64,000 nucleotides of DNA. Source: Microthyrium microscopicum. Its lineage: Eukaryota. The stretch is taken from NCBI GenBank assembly GCA_010405405.1, contig MU004230.1:1646627-1710626 (forward strand), given 5' to 3'. Below are positions 1 to 13,024 of this stretch, piece by piece. The stretch's first letter is position 1; each line of letters starts with the position of its first letter. The translations under genes were made by a program, and so were the position numbers. The notes under the pieces were generated by a model. The model was not told the DNA's origin. It saw nothing but the letters and a program-made list of their open reading frames with translations, and searched no databases.

Positions 1-1262
1 AAAGAAGAAAGCTGGCCAAGCAGTAGGTTGATGTTCTGAGACTGATGCAATGATTGGAATATGAATCTTTGCATATCCAGTGTCCCAAAGTGAGTAGAAA
101 CGACCGGTCCAGGGGGCAATGACGCCAGATACGGTCAAAAGGACCAGTCCACCAAAGGCAACAACGAATATGATGAAGACGAGAGATTTAAGGAGGGTCT
201 GGAACTGGCGGCTGGGAAGCTGGTTTCGGAAGAACTCTACACCTCCGACGAGCTGTAGCAGTCCGAAGACACCTATAACAGTCAGCCTCAAGTTACATGA
301 TGTAAGATTCTCAACATACCAAGAGCAGCCATGTGTTCGCTACTGCGAATAGGCAAGAACCCAACAAATGGAATTTGCATACTGGCTAGCGTTCCGAGCG
401 CAAACCAAGTCGTATAGCTGACATACAACCGGGGGCTATATCTGCCCATACAGATCAAGACGAATGCATGAAGGGGAAGCAAGTTGGTGATGAAGACGTA
501 TCCACCCCAGGCTGACACCATGTATCCGTAGAACAATGCTGTTAGTGCTCCCCACATAGCTGATCCCTCCTTCAATGACTTGATCCAGAGGTAGAATGTA
601 AAGACCAGGAGGAAAATAGCAATGGCCTCATTGTCATAAGATCCAGCGACCGAACGAGAAATGTAGCCTGGGGCAATACCCATGAAGCAAGCGGCGAGGA
701 GACCAGCAGAAGGCGATGGGGTCATTTCAGCTGTGAAGAGATATGTCGCGAACGCAGTGAGACCAGAGAAGGCTGGCGCAAGGAGTACGCAAATGTTTCG
801 AATGTCAACGGGGAAGGTGAGGAATCGTAGAATGTGGTAAATGACACCGCTCGTCACCATGAGACCTGGGTAGAGGGTACCGCCTGTAACACGACCTAGA
901 GGATGCCATGTTCCTATAGTATCACCGTTAGAGCTATCACAAGTGTGCGCGACGTGGAATACTAACGGTCATCAAACCAGTCCCAAAAGGAGTAGAAGCC
1001 ATTCTCAACGAGATATTTTGTCGCTCTGAAATTGAACCACGGATCAACTAGATGGGATTAGCGCCTGTTCAAGGTATGTGATCGTTTCGCCAGCTAATTG
1101 TCACATACATTCGTGTATTATACTCTCAAACCGAATTACTGAGAATAGTCGACTTGATATAGCGGCCGCCGCAATGAAGATGAGAATGATCACTCGCAGG
1201 AGTGAACGTGTGCTTCGGCCGCTTTCTCCTTTGAGAAATACTTCCTGGGCCTGAGAGGCCAT
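1..1262 (-). CDS. STT3: Oligosaccharyltransferase catalytic subunit STT3 (5' part, multi-exon; runs off the window start)
   Basis: Exons translate to [45 protein letters not shown] and [18 protein letters not shown], all STT3 hallmarks; ATG at 1262; short GT-AG introns. Confidence 0.97.
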
Positions 1263-1738
1263 GGCCGATTGATGAAAATCGTAAAGGAGGGACGGGGTGG
1301 GTGGAATAGAATTGGTGACAGTCTTGGTGTTTCTCAACAAAGTTTCCCAAAGAACACGACGACAGTTATTCAGGAGCTTGACACTAGCGTAGCTTCCGCC
1401 AAGACTTTGGAGCTGAGTGGTTGGCCAATCGGAGAAAATGCGGGAAGGGTTTCAGCCTTTTCTCAGCCTTTTCTCAGCCTTGCTCAATGGCCGTCAGTCG
1501 CGGAACAAACAAATAGTATTCACGGAGCAAGACATGGAGACGACACTTGAGCCGAATAAATTATATTTTCAAATCGTGTCACTTCAAGTCGTTGATCAAA
1601 AGTCCGAGAAACGGCCACTTTTAGCTAAATGCTCACCTTGAACGCCACGAAAATGTAGAAAAGACGCTTAAGTGCATGCTCTTCATGCAATACAATGCTC
1701 CAAATGCTATTGATCGAATCAAACCCGCTTCAAGTTGC

Positions 1739-4375
1739 TTACTTCACTGCTTCAGTAGGACACTGCTCGCATAAATCGTGATCACAATTTGTGCAGCGAT
1801 TACCGGAAATCTGTGCAAGACTTATCTGTTGGCACTCGCACTGTAATGAAATCAGTACATCATCATGTTGAAATACTGGGGCAAAACTTACACAATGAGT
1901 CACGAAGTTCTCCGCTGACTGAATATGTCGAGACCGCTTCTCTCCTGGCGTATCATAATCATCGCCCATGGAGGAAGCACCACGCTTACGAGGAGCCGGC
2001 TGAAACGTTGGAATATTGCTCCGACTGCCGCGGCCGTCATGGTCTGTCTGTGATTTCTGATCTGAGATCTTCTGGAAATCCTTCTTTTTCTCATATGATT
2101 CTGGGTCGACCCAGTCCTCAACATTCAATTGGTCTTTCATGAAGTGCCGATCAATGTGGTTGAATCGCTCATCCCAGGCCTTTACACCAGTGTTGTGTAG
2201 GGCAATAACTTGCCCGCAGAACCCACACCAGAACCTTGTCTGATTGTTGCGGCCAACATTGCAAATGATAGCATGGGCTTTGGCGTTTTGCTCATGGAGA
2301 TCATGATCATTTTGGAGATGTGAGATCATGTCTGCATCTGACCAGAAGACCGCTTCACATTGATCGAAGTGTTTGCCGAGTTTAGGTTGCTGGCACTTCC
2401 AAAGTCCGATCTGGAAATGTTGAGAATTTTCATGACGCTTCCAATCATTCTACGTGAAATTAGCAACGAGCGAAACCCAATCTAGAGTGAAAGTGGGAGT
2501 GATTATACCTTACTACCAAATGCCTTGTCACATTGACCAAATGTGCATCCATATGGTTTCGTATGGCGCTTCATATGTTTACTGTACCGGTTAGTACTCA
2601 TTTCTCGAACAAACATCGTCGAACACTTACTTCATATCACAGTTACGCTTGAGCCACTTTTTACATTTCTTACATTGCTGACCGGATTCTTCTTTAGCTT
2701 GTGGTTCGTACTCTGGCGACTGCGGAGTCGCTTTCGATTGATCTTCAAGAGTGCTAATCATCATTTTCAGAGTTGCAATCATGACATCTTGAGGAGCAGG
2801 AGCCGGAGGTGGTGCTTGCTGTCTTGCGATGCCTTTACCTGAGTACTTGGACCGCGCAGAAACTTTTGGAGCAGGCTGTGAAGGAGCAATTGAATGCGTG
2901 ATGGCTGTCATCATGGTACTCATCAATTTTTGAGCGACATCTAGTTGGGGTTCTGCTGGAGGAGCATCTTTCGTTGCCCTTCCCGAAGTGTTTGATTGCC
3001 TAGATTGTGAAGAAGATGGATATGGACTTCCAGTCGCTGCCGACAGAGTACGGAGAGGTGCGGTTTGCGTGTCACCCGCCATACCGGCCATTCCGCTATT
3101 GATGGGAGTAACACTAGGGCGAGATAGCCGCCTTTGAGAAGGCGTTATAGGCGATAAGTGGGTTTCGTCCATGATAGATGGAACAGATGAAGTGCTACGT
3201 TCTGGATCTGTGGTTATCGTAACCTTCGGGGGTCTATTTGTCACAGTCGTCGGATCTATGCCCGTGCCTATTTGCTCCTCTTCACTTGGAGAAGGTGTCG
3301 CTATTCTTGATCTGATATCACCATGTAAGCGGAGAGACCACACAGTACACTAACCGACACGTACCTTTTGATAACGTCCTCTACATCTTCGTTTGGGTGC
3401 ATTTTGACAACATGCTGTTTGAAGTTATCATGCCGAGGCCATATCTTTTTGGGATTTCGACAATTTTTGCCAACACATTGAAAGCTTTTTGTTTTACCAA
3501 ATATGCCGTTAAAATGCTTGCTCTTCTTGTGTCTATCAAGATCGTTCTGAGTGATAAAGCCTTTCGGGGCTCTTTCGCACCCTGGGTAGTCGCATTTGTA
3601 AGGCCGATTATGCCATCTTTCATGCTTTCTGTCACACTTGTTAGTTCCATAGGCCTAGCTACAACTTCAACTAGATCACGTACGCCAAGTCTGAGCGGCA
3701 CTTTAATGTCTTTGGGCATTGAGGGCATTTCAATTCGTTGCCACGTGGTCTAGGCAAACTTTTCGATTCCGAGGACCTGTCCACTTGTGCTTTTGGGTGA
3801 GCAGGTGATGAAGGCGATAGAGGCATGCCCTGAAATTTAGGTGGTTCAAGGCCAAAGTTAAAAGTCGCATTGTCTCTATAATTCGATCCTTGACGATCTT
3901 GCGAGAAATATCCAGAATCCGCTGCCTGGTTTGAGCCGATACTGATAACTGATCCAGCTCTACTTGATGTGCCAATCAAGTCTATCTGAATCGGATTGTT
4001 GGTAGCCAGTGATGATCTATCTGTCCTCGGATGTTGTTGAGCCTGTACTACAGACCACGGTTCCTCCTGTTGTTGAGTAAACCGTGCCAATGGTTCGCTG
4101 GCCCCGTTATTATATACTGGTGGTGCTACATCCTTGGAGAAATCAAAATCCTGGTCATCTTGAGCTAAACCAGATGTTGATGCCGGTTGATCTTCTCTGA
4201 AAGCTACAGGAACATCACTCAAGGGATATCTACGCCTTGGTTGTGAAGCTGCGTCGGAGGATCGCCCATGGTCTTTTCCATAATGATGCTATTTCTATTA
4301 GTTTTCATATCGTGATGCTACGAATTAAAAAGTTACCGAATATTGGCTATATTGGTGCATTGCGTATGAATCCAT
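1739..4375 (-). CDS. Fungal multi-C2H2 zinc-finger transcription factor (multi-exon)
   Basis: Spliced exons give CPQCPKTLKCRSDLAKHERWH, CDYPGC...DLDRHKKSKH, KHMKRHTKPYGCTFGQCDKAFGSK-NDWKRHENSQHFQ and FWCGFC...WDERFNHIDRHF. ATG at 4375 (MDSYAMHQYSQYS) joins ORF 3671-4222 through a short intron. Confidence 0.85.
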
Positions 4376-7300
4376 CGGACAGCTATATCAACAACGCGTT
4401 AGCGATCGTCATTCAGTATGGTGAACTTCATCATGAACCGCAACATTGTCATTATCACCATCGCCACATTGTATCCAATGAAGTGATATCAGGTGATTCA
4501 AGGCGAAACATACATGATGTTCGAGATGCAAAATTCAAGACTTACCTTCTTGTATTGGTTGCCTAGTTGGGCGATTCCGCGGTATAATCTGGGGGCTCCA
4601 AGTTAGCCGAAAAGTCGAGGACAAGGAAGCGTGGAAATAAGAGACCCCACAAAGCGGACGCTGCTCCGACAAACATTTGGTGGCTGAGAGTACAGAAAAA
4701 AGGCAGGAAAGTACAGCGATTAAAGTTTGATCCGCGGCTCATAGCACACGATAGCAGAGGAGAACATTAGGAATTGCGTACCGCGGTCACTCACCGCTTG
4801 CTGCAGAACAGTAATGAGGCGACCCGTGCGGGGATGAAGGGAGGGCGCCCTTTGCCTCAGCGGGCACAACGGGTGGTTGTGAGAGCTTGGGCGCTGAAAA
4901 CCCCTCGAAAGACTAGAGTGCTGAAGATGTGTTGAAAAATGACTCTACTCCCGCCTGACCGGAGTATGGAGTAGCCAAACCAGCCAGCAGCTTCTTAGAG
5001 TGGGATGGGATGGATGGTTGGCGATGAGGCGTCAGCAGACCGTGTTCGTTACTAGGCAAATTTGGCGCTGAATGAACGGATAGAATGAGGCGACAGGTCA
5101 GACGACGGACAGGTTGTGAGCTGCTCCTCGCACAATCAAGTGGGAGAGTAGCCTACTCAAAGACTCCAGTCATGGATGAAGATGGAGAGCTCAGAGGTCT
5201 GAAGAAAGAACAAAAACTGATCCTACGCTGGGAACGGGCCGAGCTGCCAATTGCGTGAGTAGCGTGAACAGGCAACGAGAAAAAGAACAGAAAAGCCAGT
5301 TTCCCAAGCAAACCCAAGGCGGTGCTCTCGCTTCCAAAGAAGGGTTTGGGAAGGGCGAGACTGGATAAAAAACGCCAACGAGTAACGACAAGGTCAAAAC
5401 TAAAGAACTGAGAGGCAAGCTCTCAACGCCTGGCCTGCTTGGGTCAAACTTCAAAATTGAACCAAGAGTCAAGCACGCTGCGTGTCGCCGTGTCCACTCA
5501 GCACTGAACTGTCAGTGAAAAAGAGGCCGCTCCGAAAACACTCCTCTCCATCCTCTTTCTAACTTGAAGGTAGAGTCCGAACTACAATTTGTGCCTCCAC
5601 CCGCGGCAATCATCAAGGAATGAAAAGCAAGGAGGCCACCAGCTAACCAATCCATTCCCTCAACGTGCTGTACAGCCTGTACTTCATCCAAATCTTCTCC
5701 AGATAGGTCAAGCTCTCGGACCACTCTCACCGAAATCACCCTACAACCCTGTGCAATATCACATTCACCGCGCAGCATCTACAGAGGCCGCCAGCTCTCT
5801 ATTGGGCTGTTATAAACGATTTGGCCACCCAGTGTTATACGGCATCGTAGGCATGGCTTTGTGTTACACAACATCATCTTCCTGTGCGAAATCCGCACTG
5901 AGGGGAAAGAATGTCCGCCGTTGAGCTTTTTTTCGCAGACGACTCGACTTGACAACAGAACAACACCACACCATCATAATCTTAGCGCCTTGTTGATGCA
6001 TATTACCTGGCCTGATCCATGCTCAACCAGCAACTCGAAGAGGTTGGAACCTTTTTTCCAGTACCTAATCTGAAGACATCACCCCGACGGCCATGCAGTC
6101 TATGAATCTGTGATTCGTTACAGAGGTACAAGCCGCCTTCCTGCACTGAACTGGTCTTTGAGGCTGGTTCGCCCTTTGACCCCTTCTTTTCCGGTCAAAA
6201 GATCCTCCATGCTTGCGTTTTCTGCAAAAGGGCGCGTCTGCATTGCATTCTGTTTGTCTATTTCTTCCCATTCGCCAAGCGTGCAAAAAGCCTAGCGCTG
6301 CTACGACAAATAGTCGCCTCATTGGTTGCCTCATTCGAAATGTTCGTCTGCCTAACATGCCGTGGTACGAGGCAGTTTTCTGAAGCTGCCGTGCTTTGCG
6401 AGATTTTCGCTCTTCGTCCTCCAATTGCGGGTGTGTTCGTGCATTTTGAATGGTAATCTATAATCTGATTTGTCCAATCTTTCCGCACTCTGTCTTGTCG
6501 AATCTCGATTCGCGATAGACTCTAGAGGCATTTGTAAATCCGTCTGCTTTACTCAATCATATTCGATAAAGTACATGCCTTCAATACCAGAAGTAGTAGA
6601 AAAGACTGAACAAAAGCGGCCACTTGCTCCTGCATCTGCCAACAAATGCCATGCTACAGCACCACCCTCCTGCTCATTCCGCCTTTAACGTGCCACGCTT
6701 CGAGAAGCATGTCTTGTGCAGCTCAAACTCTACTGCACACCCAAAAATAATTATCTGATTTCTCAGCAAGAAACCAATCGCACAACACTTCCAATGCACA
6801 CCCCACCAAGGTCTGACGGGTAAATTCGGTTGAATATGTGCTTCTAGAATGCTCGTCCTTTCACTAAATGCAATCATCACGTCTTTCCATTGGAGAAGTT
6901 CTAATCCCATCTTTACGCCCTGCCATCTGCACGGCCACCGATACAGACCGTCCTATCAACAAACCCCTGACCTTTCCGAAAAAGGTGATTAAAGTTCATA
7001 TCTATCGTCATTTCATTAGTATCTATCATATCAAGTCCAATCGATGACCCAGTCAACAACTCATGCTAGTCTGATGGCGCACCAAAATCCCTTTTCCCAC
7101 AAATGAAAAGATGACAGGTAATATAGTGTTAGTAGCAAGGCGTAAAAGAGTTCATGTACATGTATGACAGAGTAGTAAAGCGTAAATGTAAGATTCCTGT
7201 ATATGACCAAAAGAAGAAACCGCGACAATGAAGAAACTCCAACAAAGTATTGGGTATCAGGTGGTGAATAAACGTATATCATCATATCTTTCTCTTGCAT

Positions 7301-7523
7301 GCCACATCATCAAAACCGGCGCCTTGGAAATAACAACAAAATCTCCGCTCCCATATTATAAACAAAAGAAAGTGGAATTCTTGGAGGGGGAATCGGTCCA
7401 TGCAGCTAACAAAATGCGTTCCCCATGTGTAGTTGTGTGAGAACCAGGGCGCACCATATCGTTCGACCAGGCGGAACTCATCCCGGTTTCCCCGTGGACT
7501 TAGGCAAATCCATGTCTACGATA

Positions 7524-10500
7524 TCACTGGCTGTAACCACCCATATCTCCAAAATATTGCCCCTGCTGCTGTTGTTGCTGGCCATATTGTGACTGCTGCA
7601 GTCCTAGACCCATCCCGCTTTGTCTGGCAGGCATGTTTGCCGGCGGATAGGTAGCCTCGTGTTGTTGTCCTAAGCTATACTGCTGCTGCTCATTGATGCT
7701 TGAGCCGCGCGAGCGTGGCGTCATTACTGCTGGCGGATACGACGTTCCAGTTTGGAACTGGTTACTGTAGGCATCCACGTCGAGTAGGGTGGCGTTGGGA
7801 AATGGGTATGTGAGTTGGGGAGGTGGGGCGTTGATGGATATGGTTGGCATCACGTCCATCTCGCCTGGCTCCTCTGAGTACATGAACGCGCTCGCCGTTG
7901 TAGGCAGCATAGATGGGTGTGTGGGCATAGATGCCATTTGGTACGCGGTGGCAGTGCGTGCGTTGGTAGTGGAAGAAGTATCGCGGGCGCCTGGATGCTG
8001 TTCGACAAGCGGGATGATGGGCATGGCGATTTGCTCCATATGTTTCGCGAGATGCACGGTAAGTTTCTTGAACGACGTGCACGTATTGCCGCAGAAGCGA
8101 CAGGGCTCAGAGGAAGGTGTTTTGTCCGAGTCCTTGCGGCAATCTTCCACCAGGCGGCCGACGTAGTCGTTGACTTCCTCGTCGCTGCGCGGGTAGTGCA
8201 GAACACCAGTGCCAAAGTCAATGGGCGCGTGGGCCGGGCCACGAGCGGGCGAACGCGAGCCAGCGTTGCGGCCGGTGCGGATCTTTGGCTCGGGGATCTT
8301 GTGTTCGCGCACTAGGTGCTGGACGAAATTGTCGCGCCGATAGCAGACGTGGGAGCAATCGTTGTAGCAGCAGGTCCAGCTTTCCAGCTGACGGTGGCGC
8401 TCGTTCTCGTGGCGGACCCAGTCTGCTTTACGCTTGAAGGACTTTGAATCGGTGCAGTCTGGGAATGTGCAGGTGAAGGGTTGAACGTCTTCGTGAATAT
8501 GTTTTGTCCAGTCCGATGGCTTTTTGAAATCTTTGACTTTGAAGCAGTAAGGGCATTCGAATCGTGCAGGTAAAGTCTTGACTGGCGGGAGTGGTATACC
8601 GAAAGGGAATTGTGCCGCTTGGTTATCACCTTCAAGTTCTTGGCTGTCAAGATCCTGTCCGGGTCCAACGACTTGAAATACGACAGGCAAAGCGTCGGAA
8701 CTCTTGCCGTTCAGTTTTGGTTCTAGTGGTTGCGCTTGGCCGCCCACGGCAGTGCAGTAGCCTTTTGAGCTACAATGCCCTTTCATGGTAGTAACTCTCT
8801 GGTGATCGATCCTAGAGTCTACAAGTCGTTTGTAACGTTTTGATTGTTCTTGGACCAAGCGATCTAGAATCTTGGGCTCGAGGTGAGGATTTAAAGAATT
8901 GATCTGTCTCTGGAAGCCATCGAAGGTTGGTATCACATTCATGTCCAAGCGCACTGTAAGATCCATTGTTACTCCCGTCTCGCCTTCGCCATCTTCATCG
9001 CTATCTTCGCCAGCGTCCTGAGGATGTGGAGAAGGGGACAAAAGAGATTGCCCAAACGGAATAGCTGGTGACGCAAGTGTTCCAACTGGAGGCCCTCCAT
9101 GTTTGCGCCATTGATCAGCCAGATGACCACCTGGAGACCGAGATCTGCCAATGTTTCCAATGTCACTTTTACTTCTGTGCCGAAACTTTTGGATTGTTGC
9201 CATGATAGGAGAGCGTCCTTCTGTACCAGTTGATGATAGGTTGGTGTCTAGCATGGGTGTCTTGGGTCGCCCTAACAAGCTGCTCTTTCTTCGAGGCATT
9301 GATGGGCCTGCATTCTGAGTTTCGGCTTTAACAGCAGAGGGTGCTGTGACGGATGACCCTGCGTCAGACTTCCTCTTTTTGCTATTGCTTCTGCTAGGGA
9401 CTCTTCCAGGTAGCATGTTACTGAAGTATCCAGATATGCCTTTCTTCTCTTTGCTTTGATTATTGGGGTCGATGGTAACTTCACGAGAAATACCAGGTTG
9501 GGACCATAGACTATCAAGGTCTGCAAGATCAGTCACACTTCGACGTCGTGACCCAATTGTTGCTGCAAGAGAGGCATTGTCAACCTCTTTGGCCTTGCTT
9601 TGATATACCATCATAGCATCGTTTGCAGTGTATGGCTGATTTCGATCAGAATCCCCCGATGGAGCAGTTGGCAGATCAATATCAACCCAAGGTCGTACCT
9701 TTGGATCCCTTGGTGGTGAACCATTGCTTGCCTGAGAACGATTTCGTACATCCGCGGGAGGAGAAGAAGGCTCTCGGTCTTCTTCGGTGTTTGAGGAACC
9801 TTCTTCGCCATCCTCTTCCTCGCCTTCGCCAAACTCGCTTGCTTCGCTAACCAAAACGCCAGGGCCGGGTTGTGGTACGTTCAAATACCCACTGTAGGCT
9901 GTGATATCATTCGTACTTCTGGCTCTTGGTCGATTTTGATGCTGGCGACTTCGTCTAGGAGCTGGATAATCTTCATTTTCGAAAATCCAGTGTTCCACAT
10001 GCTGGTTGCGAGCGTCACGATTTCTCTGCTCTTCTTGCTCGTCTAGAGTTGGCATCTCTCCAGCATCATTTATGACAGATCTTTCGATTGGACTGAGGCC
10101 GCCAGTTCCACGTTCTGTCCGCCATGAGCCATCGTCATTACGTGTAGTACTGAAATCAGATGTTTGAGTTGCGCCAATTGTAGTGTTTCCAGACCAATCT
10201 TCTTCATCAAAGTACTCTTCTTCATCAGCGTAGGGAGATAGAAGGTTGTTGCTAGCTTGGCTTCGTCGACTCAGACTCCGAGAAAGACCTATTGGGTCGG
10301 GATCGTCATCGCAATTCTCGATTCTTACAATAGGACTTTTCATTGGTGATCGAGAAAGGTCGTTCGAAGAGCCATTAGGGGGTGTAATATTATGCGAATC
10401 TTCTGTAGAATAAACATTATTTCCAAAGTTTGGGACGTTGAGACTGAGATTACTGGGCCGTTGGTCCGTTTGATAAGAGTTTTGTGGACCAAAGTGAGGA

Positions 10501-11063
10501 CTGGGATGCTGGGCCATATGAGGGGATGGCATTGCTGAATTTGGATGACTCGCCGACGCTACATTGTAGAAAGCGGCATTCGCGTCATGATTCATGAGCA
10601 ATGGGGAGTTGATGGAGGTATCTGCAAATGCCTGGTCCAGGTTGGAAGTCTCAAAGTGTGAGTGTGAATCAGAAGAGTATGAATCTCCAACGAATGATTG
10701 AGGGCTGAGATGATCATGGACAGTGGAGGGGGAATAAGTCATGACATTTGCTGATGATGTAGAAATTGCGTTATGATCCATAGGTTGCTGGAGGTAGTTT
10801 GAAGTGGTTGTTGTGTTCATGTTTTGTTGTTGATAGTAAAGGTCCGCTTCTGATGTTGGCATTTGTGACGGATTTGATTGTGTCGCCACATAGGCATAGC
10901 TGCCGAACTGAGAATTGGTGGCATTATAATTGGCAATATCTTCCGGTGAATGGCCCATTAGAGGAAGATTTTGTTGCAAGTCTTGACCCGAGGAAGGCAG
11001 AAAGTTCTGCAGTTGGTCCTCCTGACTCTGTGGGATCATGTTGTATGGGGGATAAGATGCCAT
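7524..11063 (-). CDS. Large fungal C2H2 zinc-finger protein (single exon, ~1180 aa)
   Basis: Long ORF with CPYCFKVKDFKKPSDWTKHIHED, CTFPDC..SFKRKADWVRHENERH, CSHVCYRRDNFVQHLVREH and CRFCGNTC..LTVHLAKH; first ATG at 11063. Confidence 0.92.
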   Translation of the reverse strand: MASYPPYNMIPQSQEDQLQNFLPSSGQDLQQNLPLMGHSPEDIANYNATNSQFGSYAYVATQSNPSQMPTSEADLYYQQQNMNTTTTSNYLQQPMDHNAISTSSANVMTYSPSTVHDHLSPQSFVGDSYSSDSHSHFETSNLDQAFADTSINSPLLMNHDANAAFYNVASASHPNSAMPSPHMAQHPSPHFGPQNSYQTDQRPSNLSLNVPNFGNNVYSTEDSHNITPPNGSSNDLSRSPMKSPIVRIENCDDDPDPIGLSRSLSRRSQASNNLLSPYADEEEYFDEEDWSGNTTIGATQTSDFSTTRNDDGSWRTERGTGGLSPIERSVINDAGEMPTLDEQEEQRNRDARNQHVEHWIFENEDYPAPRRSRQHQNRPRARSTNDITAYSGYLNVPQPGPGVLVSEASEFGEGEEEDGEEGSSNTEEDREPSSPPADVRNRSQASNGSPPRDPKVRPWVDIDLPTAPSGDSDRNQPYTANDAMMVYQSKAKEVDNASLAATIGSRRRSVTDLADLDSLWSQPGISREVTIDPNNQSKEKKGISGYFSNMLPGRVPSRSNSKKRKSDAGSSVTAPSAVKAETQNAGPSMPRRKSSLLGRPKTPMLDTNLSSTGTEGRSPIMATIQKFRHRSKSDIGNIGRSRSPGGHLADQWRKHGGPPVGTLASPAIPFGQSLLSPSPHPQDAGEDSDEDGEGETGVTMDLTVRLDMNVIPTFDGFQRQINSLNPHLEPKILDRLVQEQSKRYKRLVDSRIDHQRVTTMKGHCSSKGYCTAVGGQAQPLEPKLNGKSSDALPVVFQVVGPGQDLDSQELEGDNQAAQFPFGIPLPPVKTLPARFECPYCFKVKDFKKPSDWTKHIHEDVQPFTCTFPDCTDSKSFKRKADWVRHENERHRQLESWTCCYNDCSHVCYRRDNFVQHLVREHKIPEPKIRTGRNAGSRSPARGPAHAPIDFGTGVLHYPRSDEEVNDYVGRLVEDCRKDSDKTPSSEPCRFCGNTCTSFKKLTVHLAKHMEQIAMPIIPLVEQHPGARDTSSTTNARTATAYQMASMPTHPSMLPTTASAFMYSEEPGEMDVMPTISINAPPPQLTYPFPNATLLDVDAYSNQFQTGTSYPPAVMTPRSRGSSINEQQQYSLGQQHEATYPPANMPARQSGMGLGLQQSQYGQQQQQQGQYFGDMGGYSQ

Positions 11064-13024
11064 AGTGCCAATTGCACAAGGCACAGCTGTGAAATTGCTA
11101 GAACTTTATAATTATTCTAGCAATACAACTGACCTCTATTGCTGGCTTCTATAACGCAAGGCTCCGCCAATCAGGCATCTGAAAGTCGCAAGTCACTGGC
11201 TGGATGCGATAGATCAACGAGGCTGGCGTCAGGAACAGTTGGATCTGTTGAAGCGTCCTAACTTCGTCAAACTCTCAGATTACTGAAATGAAGAATGGTT
11301 AGATGTAGATGTGGTCAATATGAAGCGGCAAAGCGTGAAAGTTCGGAACCAGAAATCCGAGGAGTTGATAGAGTAAACGGACAAGATAATAATGTTGTCA
11401 AGGAGAGCCGAACAAGGCACTTTGCTGCTATGTCGCGCGAAGGTCTAAGCCCGACGGACAGCCACCGACGTGTAAGGGGCAGCAAGCCAAATGCGAACGG
11501 ATTAGGGAAGACAGTACAAGAATGGGACAGGCAGACTTCAAGGCTTTCACTGCACAGTGGACTTGAAGTGGGAGAGGAGGCGCAGAGTAAGTAGTTGTTG
11601 GGTGAACTCAACAAATTGGGGCTGTGCAGCGGATCTGCCAAAGAAGTGTAGAGGACGGTCAGGAACTTGGGAGACGGTATACGAGCCAAGAAGGTTGATT
11701 TCAGTCGCACCAAAGACGGAAAATGATGATGATGATGATATGAGATCAGACGGACATGTTTGACATCAGGCTGGAGCATTAGTTTTAGAAATTATTGTAG
11801 TATAGACGCTAAAGAGGTTGAGCGTCTATCCAAAGATCTAAACATGGAATAGCTTCACGTGGCCAATCATGGAACACCAGCAAACGCGACGCCAAGATGG
11901 TCTCTATCGGGTCGCATCGGGCTTGTTTCAGCGTTGGACAGTCGTTGAAATTGAGAATCATCCAACAGCCACGATAGAATAATCAAGTATAACCAAGCGC
12001 TTGGGGCAATCTGAACAATGACGGGCGGCTCAAGCGCTCCTACAAGTTCTCATGTTGAGGCGACTGACATGCTTAATCTCTTCGCAGCGCTGGGCACACT
12101 CTAAAGGAGGGCGTTGGTCCACAAGTTTCTTGACCGGTCTCTGGAAATTGAGGACATAGTTCCTAACTTCCTATATCGGGATATAAAACTGGTAGGGCCA
12201 AAGATTTTTCGCGGGATAAGAGCATGAGGCTCAAGCTGGTTGAAGTAATGCCCACCAGCACGATCATAATGTTCGCATGAAATCTGGTTGGAACACAAAG
12301 TGGAGAGAAGAAGATTTCAAAGTAGTTGAACCTGGACGAGAGATGGATCATTGATGTCTTTATTTGGCGATCAAAGGTCTCGAAAAGGCAAGCGCGAAAG
12401 GAAGCGTTGGAATTGGGGAAGGAAGGCTGGACCCTGTCAAGGAGCTTGGACCTTTGCCGGCGGTGCTTACCAGTTTTTCCATCAAGTGGTCAGGTCCTGC
12501 CTGTTTCGGACCAATCAAGATGGACAAAATGGCAAGAACAGACAAGCTCCTGCCGTCGCAACATCAGACTGTCAGACACCATCAAAACCAAGTCACGGAC
12601 CGCGTTTGCTACCGCACGATTCCATTGATCCGGGCCTGGTTCGCAAAAATTGTTTCTTCATTTTCCCTACATTTTACCTGCTACGTTTACCCGTTTATGC
12701 TCTATCGTCTAACTCACTCCAACTATTCTTGCGCCAGCCTTTTATAATGAGGCCCTTCCCGTCCGCGGACGCCTAACGCCTAACTCCCCTCGCATCTTCA
12801 AGTCCTTCGTGACTGCTGTACGCCTCAATTTCTTTCATGTGACAGCATCAAGCTGAACCGTCATACCTACTCTACCACTAAATCTTTACCCACAAATCGC
12901 CCGTGTGCTGAAGCTCCAAAACCCTCTTTGTTCTCTACTTTACTCTACTTCTCGCCCTTCAATCCTATTCTTCAATTTTCCGCATACACTTCCTCAATTC
13001 CCTCTGGTCTAGAGTCCTGTCAAC

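Noticed and set aside
4800..7450. Many short ORFs on both strands between the first two C2H2 genes
   Set aside because: Non-ATG starts, no motifs and UTR/promoter-like composition; most likely spurious.
7762..8315. Several alternative-frame and antisense ORFs within the large C2H2 gene
   Set aside because: Expected shadows of a GC-rich coding segment; no independent evidence.
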